Shown here piece after piece: positions 20,508 to 29,180 of a stretch of 64,000 bases of DNA. The position numbers and the translations under genes were made by a program. Location of the stretch: assembly GCA_945862295.1 (NCBI GenBank), contig CAMAXT010000003.1, positions 9,550-73,549 on the forward strand. Reading direction: 5' to 3'. The notes beneath the pieces were generated by a model that saw only the letters and a list, made by a program, of their open reading frames with translations, had not been told where the DNA came from and did not search any database. Position 1 is the stretch's first letter. Every line of letters begins with the position of its first letter. Source of the stretch: Pseudobacteriovorax antillogorgiicola. Lineage in GTDB: Bacteria; Bdellovibrionota_B; Oligoflexia; Oligoflexales; CAIYRB01.

Positions 20508-20756
20508 ATGACAACCGAAGCACTTTATAATGAAGTTGTTCAAATCATTTCTAAGTACTCACGAGCTGAGGAAGCGATGAAAGGTGTTTCTCGCGACTCA
20601 TCGATCTTGGGTGACTTGAAAGTCAACTCAACACGCTTTGTCGACATCTTGATTGAATTTGAAGATAAATATAATCTCCAAATCAGCGACGATGATGCAG
20701 ATAAAATTGAAACAGTTGGCGACGCTGTTGATCTATTGAAGAAACTCATTCACTAA
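20508..20756 (+). CDS. Acyl carrier protein (NS-type phosphopantetheine site)
   Basis: 82 aa, acidic; DLKVNSTRFVDILIEFEDKY...ISDDDADKIETVGDAV. Confidence 0.88.
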   Translation: MTTEALYNEVVQIISKYSRAEEAMKGVSRDSSILGDLKVNSTRFVDILIEFEDKYNLQISDDDADKIETVGDAVDLLKKLIH

Positions 20757-20783
20757 TCAACGCTGCAGATATCAAGATTTGAT

Positions 20784-21581
20784 ATGGCTCTAAATACACG
20801 GGAACAACGAAGTCTGGCCCTGCATCACTATGTTGCTTGGGTCAATTTCCTGTGGTTTGGATTCATCTTTGTCTTGATTCTTCGCTTTATGGCCCGCTAC
20901 CGGATTCGCAATAAATCCGCGTTACGGGACAAAGCAAACCTCCTGATGTCAGAAGCGGGTGACCGTCCGACTATCATCTGTTCTAATCATTTGACTCTCA
21001 TTGACTCAATGATCATCACCTGGGCAATCTGTCCGGCTATTCCTTCTATGCTAAATTTCAAACGTGTGCCTTGGCACATGCCGGAGTTTGCAAATTTTGC
21101 GAAAAACTTCGCGCTAAAATTTATGTGCTATTTAGGAAAGTCCATCTTCGTCAAACGCGGTGGTGGAGCAAAAGAACGCAGGAAGTCCATGGATCAGATT
21201 CACTGGCTTTTGGATAACGGACACACCTTTTGTATGTTTCCTGAAGGCGGCCGTTCGCGCAGTGGCAGAGTCCAAACGGATTCAGCGACCTACTCGGTTG
21301 GCGAACTGATTCAGCAGCATCCCAATGCGAAAGTTCTCACTATGTACATTCGGGGCGACGCGCAAAAAACCTGGGGCAAGTGGCCCGAGCTCGGCAGTAC
21401 TGTCGAGGCTGACATTAGAGAGCTTCATATCGGAGAGATCGAGCAAGGACGCAAAGGCGCGAGAGATATTTCCATCCGCATTATCGAAGATCTAATCAAA
21501 TTAGAGTCTGAGTATCTTGCCAGAGAAGCTGCCCGCAGCGCTCCGCATAGTGAGCAAAACCTTGCTGCAATATCCCGCTAA
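20784..21581 (+). CDS. PlsC/LPLAT-family acyltransferase
   Basis: NHLTLID (HX4D), FVKR, FPEGGRS blocks; N-terminal TM helix. Confidence 0.88.
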   Translation: MALNTREQRSLALHHYVAWVNFLWFGFIFVLILRFMARYRIRNKSALRDKANLLMSEAGDRPTIICSNHLTLIDSMIITWAICPAIPSMLNFKRVPWHMPEFANFAKNFALKFMCYLGKSIFVKRGGGAKERRKSMDQIHWLLDNGHTFCMFPEGGRSRSGRVQTDSATYSVGELIQQHPNAKVLTMYIRGDAQKTWGKWPELGSTVEADIRELHIGEIEQGRKGARDISIRIIEDLIKLESEYLAREAARSAPHSEQNLAAISR

Positions 21582-22243
21582 GATATTGGCGTAATGTTTT
21601 CAATCTGCAAATATACCGTTTTATCATTGAGCTGCTCTTTAAGTTGCCTGATACGCGCAGCCGTCAGAACACCTTCCGAAGCTAACGCAACAGCACAGTA
21701 ACGACCGTGGTGGCTAAAACTCATCGCATAGGTCAGCTCGTCATCAATGTGCTGTGGCAACGGTTCGCCGCCCGGACCTTTTTCAAAAGAAAACTCGTCG
21801 ACAGGAAAGCCAAAAATACTGCTGAGAACTAACTTAGCCAGTTCTCTGACGCCTTTCGACTCAATATCCGGGTCGGGAGTTACGCTGATCGGTAAAATAG
21901 CAACGGCACTAATTCTATGACCCTTAGTTTCTGGAACTGTGCAGGAATAAAAAAATTCATGATTGCGGAAAAAAGAAAAACGCATCTCGCTATCAACAGT
22001 CTTAGCAGTGAGCGCACTGAAGTCAATGTTGATGCTGCGGGGCTTTAGAGCATACTTTGGATCAACCTGCCGCATGGATTTATAGAATGCTTCTTTAACA
22101 CCAAAAAAACAAACTACAGGAGGTGCATCTTTCTTTAGAAGTGCCATGGCAGAGAGTTCATCCGAACTCATAGTGCGTTCAGCAAACCGCGCGTCGTCGC
22201 TTCGATCTATCTGCAGATCTATGATGTCGTTACCTATGTGCAT
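21578..22243 (-). CDS. 4'-phosphopantetheinyl transferase
   Basis: IGNDIIDL, FGVKEAFYK, C-terminal KGPGGEP...SFSHHG; likely start ATG 22243 (ORF track starts 22393). Confidence 0.85.
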   Translation of the reverse strand: MHIGNDIIDLQIDRSDDARFAERTMSSDELSAMALLKKDAPPVVCFFGVKEAFYKSMRQVDPKYALKPRSINIDFSALTAKTVDSEMRFSFFRNHEFFYSCTVPETKGHRISAVAILPISVTPDPDIESKGVRELAKLVLSSIFGFPVDEFSFEKGPGGEPLPQHIDDELTYAMSFSHHGRYCAVALASEGVLTAARIRQLKEQLNDKTVYLQIENITPIS

Positions 22244-22551
22244 GGCGCATTCCAATATTGTCGGCGTCGTAAAATCTGAAATACAACAAGTTTGCTGATA
22301 GGGAAAGTCATAATGACCACGGATTGGTGGCCAAAAAGGGGGGCTAAAAGTAGTCGCAGAAGGTCGGGACTTCACATTTTGACTTTTCAGCAACTTAGCC
22401 AGAAATCCCTGAAGATCTAGCAGGGCTACTCACACGCAAACGACAAAAAAGGTCCTCCAAAAACGCTAAGCTGCTGTTAACCCTTACATTTCTGGTCAAA
22501 TAGCCGATAAAAAGAGCAGGTAAATACTCTAATCATGTTGGAAGATCAAAC

Positions 22552-24753
22552 TTGGCAACAGGCTGGTCAAAACTAAAAGCAAAAATAAACGGCTTCAGCG
22601 AATGGCTAGAGCAGCGTCTATTTGCCGGCAACAGAAAGAGTGACCGCAAGCAAAGCGAACCGAGCAGTAAACCCAGTCTAGTCACAGCAGCACAGAATCA
22701 TTTACAAAACCTCATCGCCACGACCATCAGTCTAACTTTCATCGTCGCATTCGTATACGGTGTCTACTTCTATTCAAATACAATGAAGGAAATCGAACAG
22801 CATCCACTGGTAACGAACCTAGCAGAATCCAAAGCAATGACGCGAGTTCATTTCGGACTACCACCGCAATGCTCGGCTACCAGTCCCCACTGCTGGGCAG
22901 ATCCCAGCTTCGACGATACTCCATGGATCGCTGCAAGACTTCCTAGGGAGGATTTACACACTCTTAAAAACTACGAAGATGGTGTTAAATCAGGGAATAT
23001 CTTTTACCGTTTTGCGATCACGGCAACTCCTGATCAGCTAAAATCAGGTGAAGAACTCGCGTTCTCGCCGGTATTTGTATCACACAGTCGCTATACAGTT
23101 TTTGTAAATGGCAGAGTCGTGCAGACCGGTAGTTCTCTAAAAAGTTCCAGTGCAGCAATTGTCGTTTCCATTTCAAAGGATGACTTCAGCGGTGGACAAG
23201 CAATTGTCGGCATCCACGCTAGCCTCGAGAAAACAGACAAAGGTATTCGCCATCCGAACGGCATTTACGTTGGCCCCAAAACCATACTAGACGATGTTTA
23301 CGTTTTCAAAGAACGAGCACTATCGACATACTTTCTTTTGTTCTTACTCACCAAGGGTGCTATTTTCGTCGTCTTCTCTCTGTTCTTTTTCTTCAGCATC
23401 GACCGCAGAGCTTTGTTTAACTTTTTGCTCTACGCAATTTGTGTGACATTAGAGAATGCGCTAGCAGGTAATTTCCTCGCTAATTTTCTTGGCGCCGTAC
23501 CACGGGTATCGTTCTTCTTTATGTTGAAGATCGCGGCTATTTCTTGCCTCCTAAATTTCTTTGTAGAAATCTTTCAGGCAGCAAGGGCCCGACGGAAAGT
23601 TCGGATCTGGAATGCAATCCTCATGTTCGCAGTATTCATCATGGTCATTGATTTTGGGTATGGAACGCGAACCGTCACAGGCACGACTTTGTTTCAAGTT
23701 ACCAACTACCTCCTAGGTCTAAGCTTAGCTTTTGGCATCGGTACCGGACTTCTTGCGATCCGTCTGTGGACGCGCAACCAAGTGGAGCCGCGCAAGATTG
23801 CGAGTCTCAGACTATTCGTGGCGGTGATTAGTATATATCTCGCATTGATTATCTGGGAGTTTGTTTTCAACACCTTTGTTGGGTTTGACAATAGAGCAGT
23901 CTTTGACCTTATGTTCTTCATTTTCGTTGCATTCATTACAGCCAAAGAATTCGGTTTCAATGCAGGTCAAGTCACGACGCTTGAATCACACATGCAGGAA
24001 AAAAGACGCATGGAAGCCGAGTTGCAAGAAGCAGCAGAGATCGCGAAAGCGTTTTTACCTGGTCAACTTCCTAAATGGGACTTCTGCGATATCGGCATCT
24101 ATCATAAAGCGCTGTCTGAATCTTCTGGCGACTGGTACACCTTCGAAAATTCACCTTCAGGGAGATTCTGTCATTTTATCCTTTGCGACATCACCGGTCA
24201 TGGGGTGCAAGCAGCGCTTGTAGCTTCGACATGCAGGACGGTATTGAGCGCAATGAAACTTGAGAATACTGCGTGTGTCGAAAAGCCGGAGTTTATTACT
24301 GACTACGCTCGTGCGTTGAATCACATCTTGTACCATCAAGGTGGTGGCCATCACGTGTCGACATTCCTCGGCCTCAGTTTCGATATGCAGAATAATAAAA
24401 TGCACTATGTGTCTGGCGGACATCCGAATCCTTTGGTTATCTCAACCAACGCTGAAGGTGTACGTAACATTAAACCACTACCTTCGCGCCATTCCGTTCT
24501 TGGTACGTCACCGACGATCGATCACACACTTAAGTCTATTGATCTCGGTATCAACGATGAAGTCCTGGCGTTTTCAGACGGCTTACCTGTCGGATCAAAT
24601 CTAAAAGTACTGCGCCAGATGATTCAGTCTCAATATCCAATGAATACTGCCGCTACTACACTCTATGTTGATATGTGGAAGCACGAGCTGGAAAAGAACG
24701 GCAAAAAGCCAGACGACGATGTTTCCGTCCTCTGGCTTCGTCGCGTTGCCTAA
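22552..24753 (+). CDS. Membrane-bound SpoIIE/PP2C phosphatase with extracellular sensor and 7TM region
   Basis: SGDWY, CDITGHGVQAAL, GGHPNP, FSDGL, DDDVS motifs; periplasmic domain followed by about 7 TM helices. Confidence 0.9.
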   Translation: MATGWSKLKAKINGFSEWLEQRLFAGNRKSDRKQSEPSSKPSLVTAAQNHLQNLIATTISLTFIVAFVYGVYFYSNTMKEIEQHPLVTNLAESKAMTRVHFGLPPQCSATSPHCWADPSFDDTPWIAARLPREDLHTLKNYEDGVKSGNIFYRFAITATPDQLKSGEELAFSPVFVSHSRYTVFVNGRVVQTGSSLKSSSAAIVVSISKDDFSGGQAIVGIHASLEKTDKGIRHPNGIYVGPKTILDDVYVFKERALSTYFLLFLLTKGAIFVVFSLFFFFSIDRRALFNFLLYAICVTLENALAGNFLANFLGAVPRVSFFFMLKIAAISCLLNFFVEIFQAARARRKVRIWNAILMFAVFIMVIDFGYGTRTVTGTTLFQVTNYLLGLSLAFGIGTGLLAIRLWTRNQVEPRKIASLRLFVAVISIYLALIIWEFVFNTFVGFDNRAVFDLMFFIFVAFITAKEFGFNAGQVTTLESHMQEKRRMEAELQEAAEIAKAFLPGQLPKWDFCDIGIYHKALSESSGDWYTFENSPSGRFCHFILCDITGHGVQAALVASTCRTVLSAMKLENTACVEKPEFITDYARALNHILYHQGGGHHVSTFLGLSFDMQNNKMHYVSGGHPNPLVISTNAEGVRNIKPLPSRHSVLGTSPTIDHTLKSIDLGINDEVLAFSDGLPVGSNLKVLRQMIQSQYPMNTAATTLYVDMWKHELEKNGKKPDDDVSVLWLRRVA

Positions 24754-24758
24754 TTTAC

Positions 24759-26231
24759 TTATTCGTAAGAAAAGTTTTTCACTTTGGTACTGAGATCGAT
24801 CAGCATCTTTTGCATATTAGGTGCTGTCGGTTTTTCTAACCAATGGAAATAAATATTGTTCCAGTCGTAGCTACGGTACCAAAGAGAACCTTCAGCCGAA
24901 TATCCCGCTTTGAACGCAGGCCGCAGGTAACGAACCAAATCTAAAAGTGGTGTTGTGTCACCGATGGTACCGCGAACGCGCGATTCGCAGCTTTCCATAT
25001 TCAAAAAGGATAGTTCCGCTTTGTACTCACCGACAGTGGCTGCCTTCAGCGCTGTTCCGAGCGAGGCGAAATAAAGCTTCGTCGTCATACCAAAGTGATT
25101 GTCAGCGCCAAGCCCTGGCGAGTCGACACCCAATCCAACGATATCAGCATTGAGGCCGACAATATCAGCATTGAGCCCGACAATATCGGCATTGAGACCT
25201 ACGATATCAGCGTTGAGTCCTGGGATATCTGCATTCAGGCCAGGAATATCTGCGTTCAAGCCTGGGATGTCAGCATTGAGACCAGGAATATCGGCATTGA
25301 GAGTCTTCGACGCTGGCGATCCAGTGGGAGCTGGTGCCGCTACGTAAGAATGCTGAGGTTTTCCGCGAGGACGGAGTTGACCAAGCCAGAGTTTACCAAG
25401 AAGAATGTCTTGAGCTTGAGTAACATTTAGACCGACTTCACCTTCTTTGAGGTTTGAGACGATATCAAATTTCATCTGGCTAAGAATTTTGCTTTGATCT
25501 TTTACTTTCTTTTCTAGCTGCGCTTCGGTCAAACCAGTTAGAGCGAATTTAGAACCACCGTGCCCCTTAATCGTTACAAAGTACGAATATTCCTTTGCAC
25601 TAAAAATTTTTGTCATTGCAAAGGTCATGATTGTTTTCATGATTTCAGGATGGATAAACGGCTGCGTTTCATAAGCTTTATTAAGTGATGCTGGGTGGGC
25701 AAGAGCCAAGTCCGCATCAAATAGTTTCTTGCGAGGGTCGGCAGTGTCTTTCAAAGTTGGATCAAATTTCTCGTCGCTGATCGCCTTGATCTTCTCGTCG
25801 AGATTCTCGATGGCGTACTTTTCTTTACTGAATTTACCTTCTACGCACTTAAGATAGGACTTGTTCCTATAATGAGAGTTTACAAAAGCAACCCAGTTTA
25901 CATGCTTATTACTACAAGCCTCAAGGAGCGAACGAATCTCATGGGCAACCGCACCTTGCATGTACGGCTCTGCCGTATCAGCAAAATAGAAAATTAGTGC
26001 TGTTTTTCTTTTATTGGTCTCAGGCAAGGATTCCCTTACTAGAGGGGCATTATCGATGAGTTTGATCTTCTTGCCATCAGCCGTAGTGTCGCTGACACCA
26101 AGAGGTTCGCTCTCTTTTTCTTCTTTCTTTTCTGGCTTACAACCGGAGCCGATGATCATCACACTAAGGAAAGCAATCAAAGGAATGATGCTTAGAATCC
26201 GCAACGCGGGACGATGACAATGAGCGGCCAT
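24759..26231 (-). CDS. Lipoprotein, putative clostripain/caspase-fold cysteine peptidase with an internal heptapeptide repeat
   Basis: Lipobox GSGC; TIKGHGG His motif and LNMESCES Cys motif, as in clan CD peptidases. Confidence 0.6.
   Translation of the reverse strand: MAAHCHRPALRILSIIPLIAFLSVMIIGSGCKPEKKEEKESEPLGVSDTTADGKKIKLIDNAPLVRESLPETNKRKTALIFYFADTAEPYMQGAVAHEIRSLLEACSNKHVNWVAFVNSHYRNKSYLKCVEGKFSKEKYAIENLDEKIKAISDEKFDPTLKDTADPRKKLFDADLALAHPASLNKAYETQPFIHPEIMKTIMTFAMTKIFSAKEYSYFVTIKGHGGSKFALTGLTEAQLEKKVKDQSKILSQMKFDIVSNLKEGEVGLNVTQAQDILLGKLWLGQLRPRGKPQHSYVAAPAPTGSPASKTLNADIPGLNADIPGLNADIPGLNADIPGLNADIVGLNADIVGLNADIVGLNADIVGLGVDSPGLGADNHFGMTTKLYFASLGTALKAATVGEYKAELSFLNMESCESRVRGTIGDTTPLLDLVRYLRPAFKAGYSAEGSLWYRSYDWNNIYFHWLEKPTAPNMQKMLIDLSTKVKNFSYE
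25134..25301 (-). repeat. Coding tandem repeat, 8 x 21 bp (LNADIPG x4, LNADIVG x4)
   Basis: Directly visible; units differ mainly at synonymous positions. Confidence 0.95.
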
Positions 26232-26358
26232 AGGTCGACTCCCTTTTCAATAAAACAATAATCAATAAAACTAGGTGTATTTGGTATGTATAAGGTTACC
26301 CTAACTCATACAAAAGCCCGAGCAAATATCGTTTGTTTCCATGTTATTGATAAAGAAC

Positions 26359-26385
26359 TTATCGGCAAAACCGAAAAAAACCTGA
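26359..26385 (-). promoter_or_regulatory. Putative sigma28 (FliA) promoter
   Basis: Minus strand TCAGG-N14-GCCGATAA upstream of the peptidase lipoprotein gene. Confidence 0.55.
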
Positions 26386-26422
26386 GGAATATCTGGAAAT
26401 GTCAATAGTTACAGGGCCGATT

Positions 26423-27205
26423 TCAAAAGGCGCGAAAAGCGTCGCAAAGAAGTTTAAATGGGGTACTAAGCGCTACGGAATGAGGTGCGACGGCACAAAT
26501 ATAATGAGACGCAATCGGTATCTGTGCCTTGCCTTCGGGTCGTAATCTGTAAAGTCCTTTTGGGTTTCTGGCAGCGACATGTTCCGGTAGGAGCGCAAAT
26601 CCTAGGCCGGCTCTAACAAATTCAACTGCAACTTCAAAACTATCTACCCGATTGAGAGTTTCGAAAATAAAATGCTCTCCTATCTGAGAAACCGCGAAAC
26701 TTGCATTTAAATCAACATCTAAGTTGACTCTTGCGTTCTCAAACAAAAAGAGCGGGCGCTCAGTTGTTTTTTTTCCCCTTGCTTTGCTTTCAATGTCTTT
26801 TATTCCTTGATCGGTCGGAGAGCAGTATAGATAGAATTTATCTTCAAAAAGGATCTCACGCTTCTGTGTTAGTAAAATGCTTGGATCCACAGCGATTGCG
26901 ATATCTAGTTCACCGACATTCAGCCGACTAAGCAAATGTTCTGTTCTTCCGGTATGAAGTTCAAATTCTTGGGCTTCTTTCCCTTCCCCAACCAACCGTA
27001 ACGAATGTCTCAATTGCTCCTGAACTCTTGGCCAGGCATAGATAGCAATACTTTCAAAAATTCCTATACGCAGACGTTGCCTTCGTTCGTAAAGGTTGGC
27101 ATTTAGCTGCATGCCAAGCGAACTGGCTTCCTTTAAAATACGCAAAGCCGATTCATAAAATAGTTTGCCAGAAGGTGTTAGTTCTACCCCTTCACGACTT
27201 CGGTG
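26423..27205 (-). pseudogene. LysR-family regulator lacking most of its N-terminal HTH
   Basis: Begins at HRSREGVELTPSG (end of the LysR wing), followed by the substrate-binding domain (LRIG, GELDIAI, VRAGLGFALLP); the first ~45 aa of the HTH are missing. Confidence 0.75.
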
Positions 27206-27206
27206 C

Positions 27207-27383
27207 TCTCTACGCAATATAGATAAAACAGGACCGTATTTTCACAATGGATCGGTCGCTAGTTTAGACGATGCTATAGAGTTTATGGCCTATTACCAGC
27301 TCGGTAAAAAAATTGGCGCAGAAGAAAAAGACGATCTAAAAGCTTTTTTAGCGACTCTAACTGGACCGTTGAGCTTGAAATAA
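27207..27383 (+). pseudogene. C-terminal remnant of a di-heme cytochrome c peroxidase
   Basis: SLRNIDKTGPYFHNGSVASLDDAIEFMAYYQLG...LKAFLATLTG is the conserved CcpA/MauG C-terminus; no 5' part or CxxCH present. Confidence 0.8.
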
Positions 27384-27601
27384 ATTGGCAGTCAAAATAC
27401 AAGAATCCGTTTGAATCTATAGGACCATTACAACACAGCTTCAAGTTAGCTCTGTCGTTTATTTAAGGCTTTTTCTTCATTTGTGCCACTGTCCTGGTTG
27501 GAATTGCGAAGCTTATTAAAGTGATGCGTTACTTTGGTAAGTATCGCTATCGCCTGAGACCACGCCCAATAGCAAAATGCTTGCTGGAGGGCGACGGAAA
27601 A

Positions 27602-28336
27602 TCAGTCGCCCAAATTGATCCCTTCACAACTTAAGAGCTCCATCGGCTGGGGAAGTGCAGCACTTTCAGCGCAGAATCGTTGCCATTCTTCTACAGACAT
27701 TTCACCAAATATAGTTAATCCGACCGAGCCCCTCATTCGCATAAGTTCCTGAATACGCGCAGCTGATGGTGGGCCATCCGTAGCTATATCGTATTTCAAG
27801 ATCAATTGACGCGGCAACCTCGTATGAATTGGAGTCGCCTCGGCTGTCGGATTCGGTCCGACCTGAGGCTTATCTTGGATTTGTGTTTGCTGTACTTTCA
27901 AGAAAACCTTAGGTTCCCATATGCGGTCGAGTCTCGATCTTTGCCTACCTTTGTATTGAAGTTCGTAGCCTTGACTTTCTATCCAACTATCAAATGCTAT
28001 GGAACTAAGAAGAAGCGGCATTGCATAAAGAATAGTTTTTCCCATTTCTATCAGCATACTGGACGTAAAAGGCGCGAAACCATTAAATTCCGGGGGCTGA
28101 GGGTAATAGCCGAACAGACCAACCACGAAAATAAGCGGCGCAATAGATAGGAAAAACCATAAATAAAAAACAGTAGCGTCACCGCGGTGTATTGCCGCAA
28201 CTGGCTCCCAAACGCTACCCAGTACAGCTGCAATCCCGATTGCGGTTAGGATGAATCGCCAAGTAAAACCGATCCGGTGTATTGTTAATGTTGCTTTTGG
28301 ATGTGGTTTTTCGCTTCGCTTTAGCTTTCTTTTCAT
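27602..28336 (-). CDS. Hypothetical membrane protein
   Basis: Three hydrophobic segments, then a soluble C-terminal part; start uncertain (28336 or 28396). Confidence 0.55.
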   Translation of the reverse strand: MKRKLKRSEKPHPKATLTIHRIGFTWRFILTAIGIAAVLGSVWEPVAAIHRGDATVFYLWFFLSIAPLIFVVGLFGYYPQPPEFNGFAPFTSSMLIEMGKTILYAMPLLLSSIAFDSWIESQGYELQYKGRQRSRLDRIWEPKVFLKVQQTQIQDKPQVGPNPTAEATPIHTRLPRQLILKYDIATDGPPSAARIQELMRMRGSVGLTIFGEMSVEEWQRFCAESAALPQPMELLSCEGINLGD

Positions 28337-28472
28337 ACTCAACCTTGTGCGAGAGATCTTGAGCAAAGAATAGGAAAAACGGCTGGAAAAAGTCAACTCC
28401 GAAATCGTAAACGAAATTCACTATGAAAAATCCCCGACGGTTTTGGACGTCGTGCCTAGTTGGGGACTCAAA

Positions 28473-29180
28473 CTAGCTGCGTTGACTAAACAGCCACGGG
28501 AATAGAGTGTCATCACGGAACGCGTACTCCCAAGCATTGTGTCCAACCTGATCTAACTCGAAATACTCAAAGGTTTTAAGTCGAGCGCTTAGAGCGCTTT
28601 CAATTGCACGCGATTGACTTACGGATACAACTTTATCTTTATTGCCGTGGTAAACTCGAAGAGAGATATCTTTTATTTTTGCAATTGCTGACGTATCGGC
28701 CCCACCACAAATTGCAACTGCTGCAGAAAAAAGCTCTGGACAGCGAATTAGTAATTCGTAGACGCCGAAAGCACCCATGGAAAGTCCTGTAAGGTAGACG
28801 CGACGGGAATCGACATCCGGACGCGCTAGAAGACTCATCACTAACGCAGCGACTGCTTTCAAAGACTCAGTCGGCTGCGGTGCAAGCTTGACGCTGCTTT
28901 GACCCCAATCTTGAATATCAACCCAGCGGTTATCGTCCTGAGACTGAGGGGCTACTATTTGACAAGGATATTTTGCTAACGATGCAAGCGAGAACACCGA
29001 GGTTTCATCGTTAAAAAAGGGATACCAAAGTTGACTCTCGTTATCTGAACCGCACTCACCTACCCCGTGCAGAAAAATAACCAGTGGCAACTTCTGTTCA
29101 GTAGTTTTCGATTTGAAATGCCTATACGGCAGGCTTCCGAACTTGCCCTTGGTAAATTGGTCGGTAAACCGCACTGACAT
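28473..29180 (-). CDS. Alpha/beta hydrolase (phospholipase/carboxylesterase, predicted peptidase family)
   Basis: PLVIFLHGVGE, RVYLTGLSMGAFG, HGNKDKVV, GHNAW. Confidence 0.88.
   Translation of the reverse strand: MSVRFTDQFTKGKFGSLPYRHFKSKTTEQKLPLVIFLHGVGECGSDNESQLWYPFFNDETSVFSLASLAKYPCQIVAPQSQDDNRWVDIQDWGQSSVKLAPQPTESLKAVAALVMSLLARPDVDSRRVYLTGLSMGAFGVYELLIRCPELFSAAVAICGGADTSAIAKIKDISLRVYHGNKDKVVSVSQSRAIESALSARLKTFEYFELDQVGHNAWEYAFRDDTLFPWLFSQRS

Noticed and set aside
22244-22393. 50-aa N-terminal extension of the PPTase
   Set aside because: Family similarity begins at MHIGNDI; the extension is probably untranslated
25134-25301. 21-bp tandem repeat as a possible CRISPR array
   Set aside because: No spacers, units are in frame within a CDS and vary synonymously, and no cas genes are present
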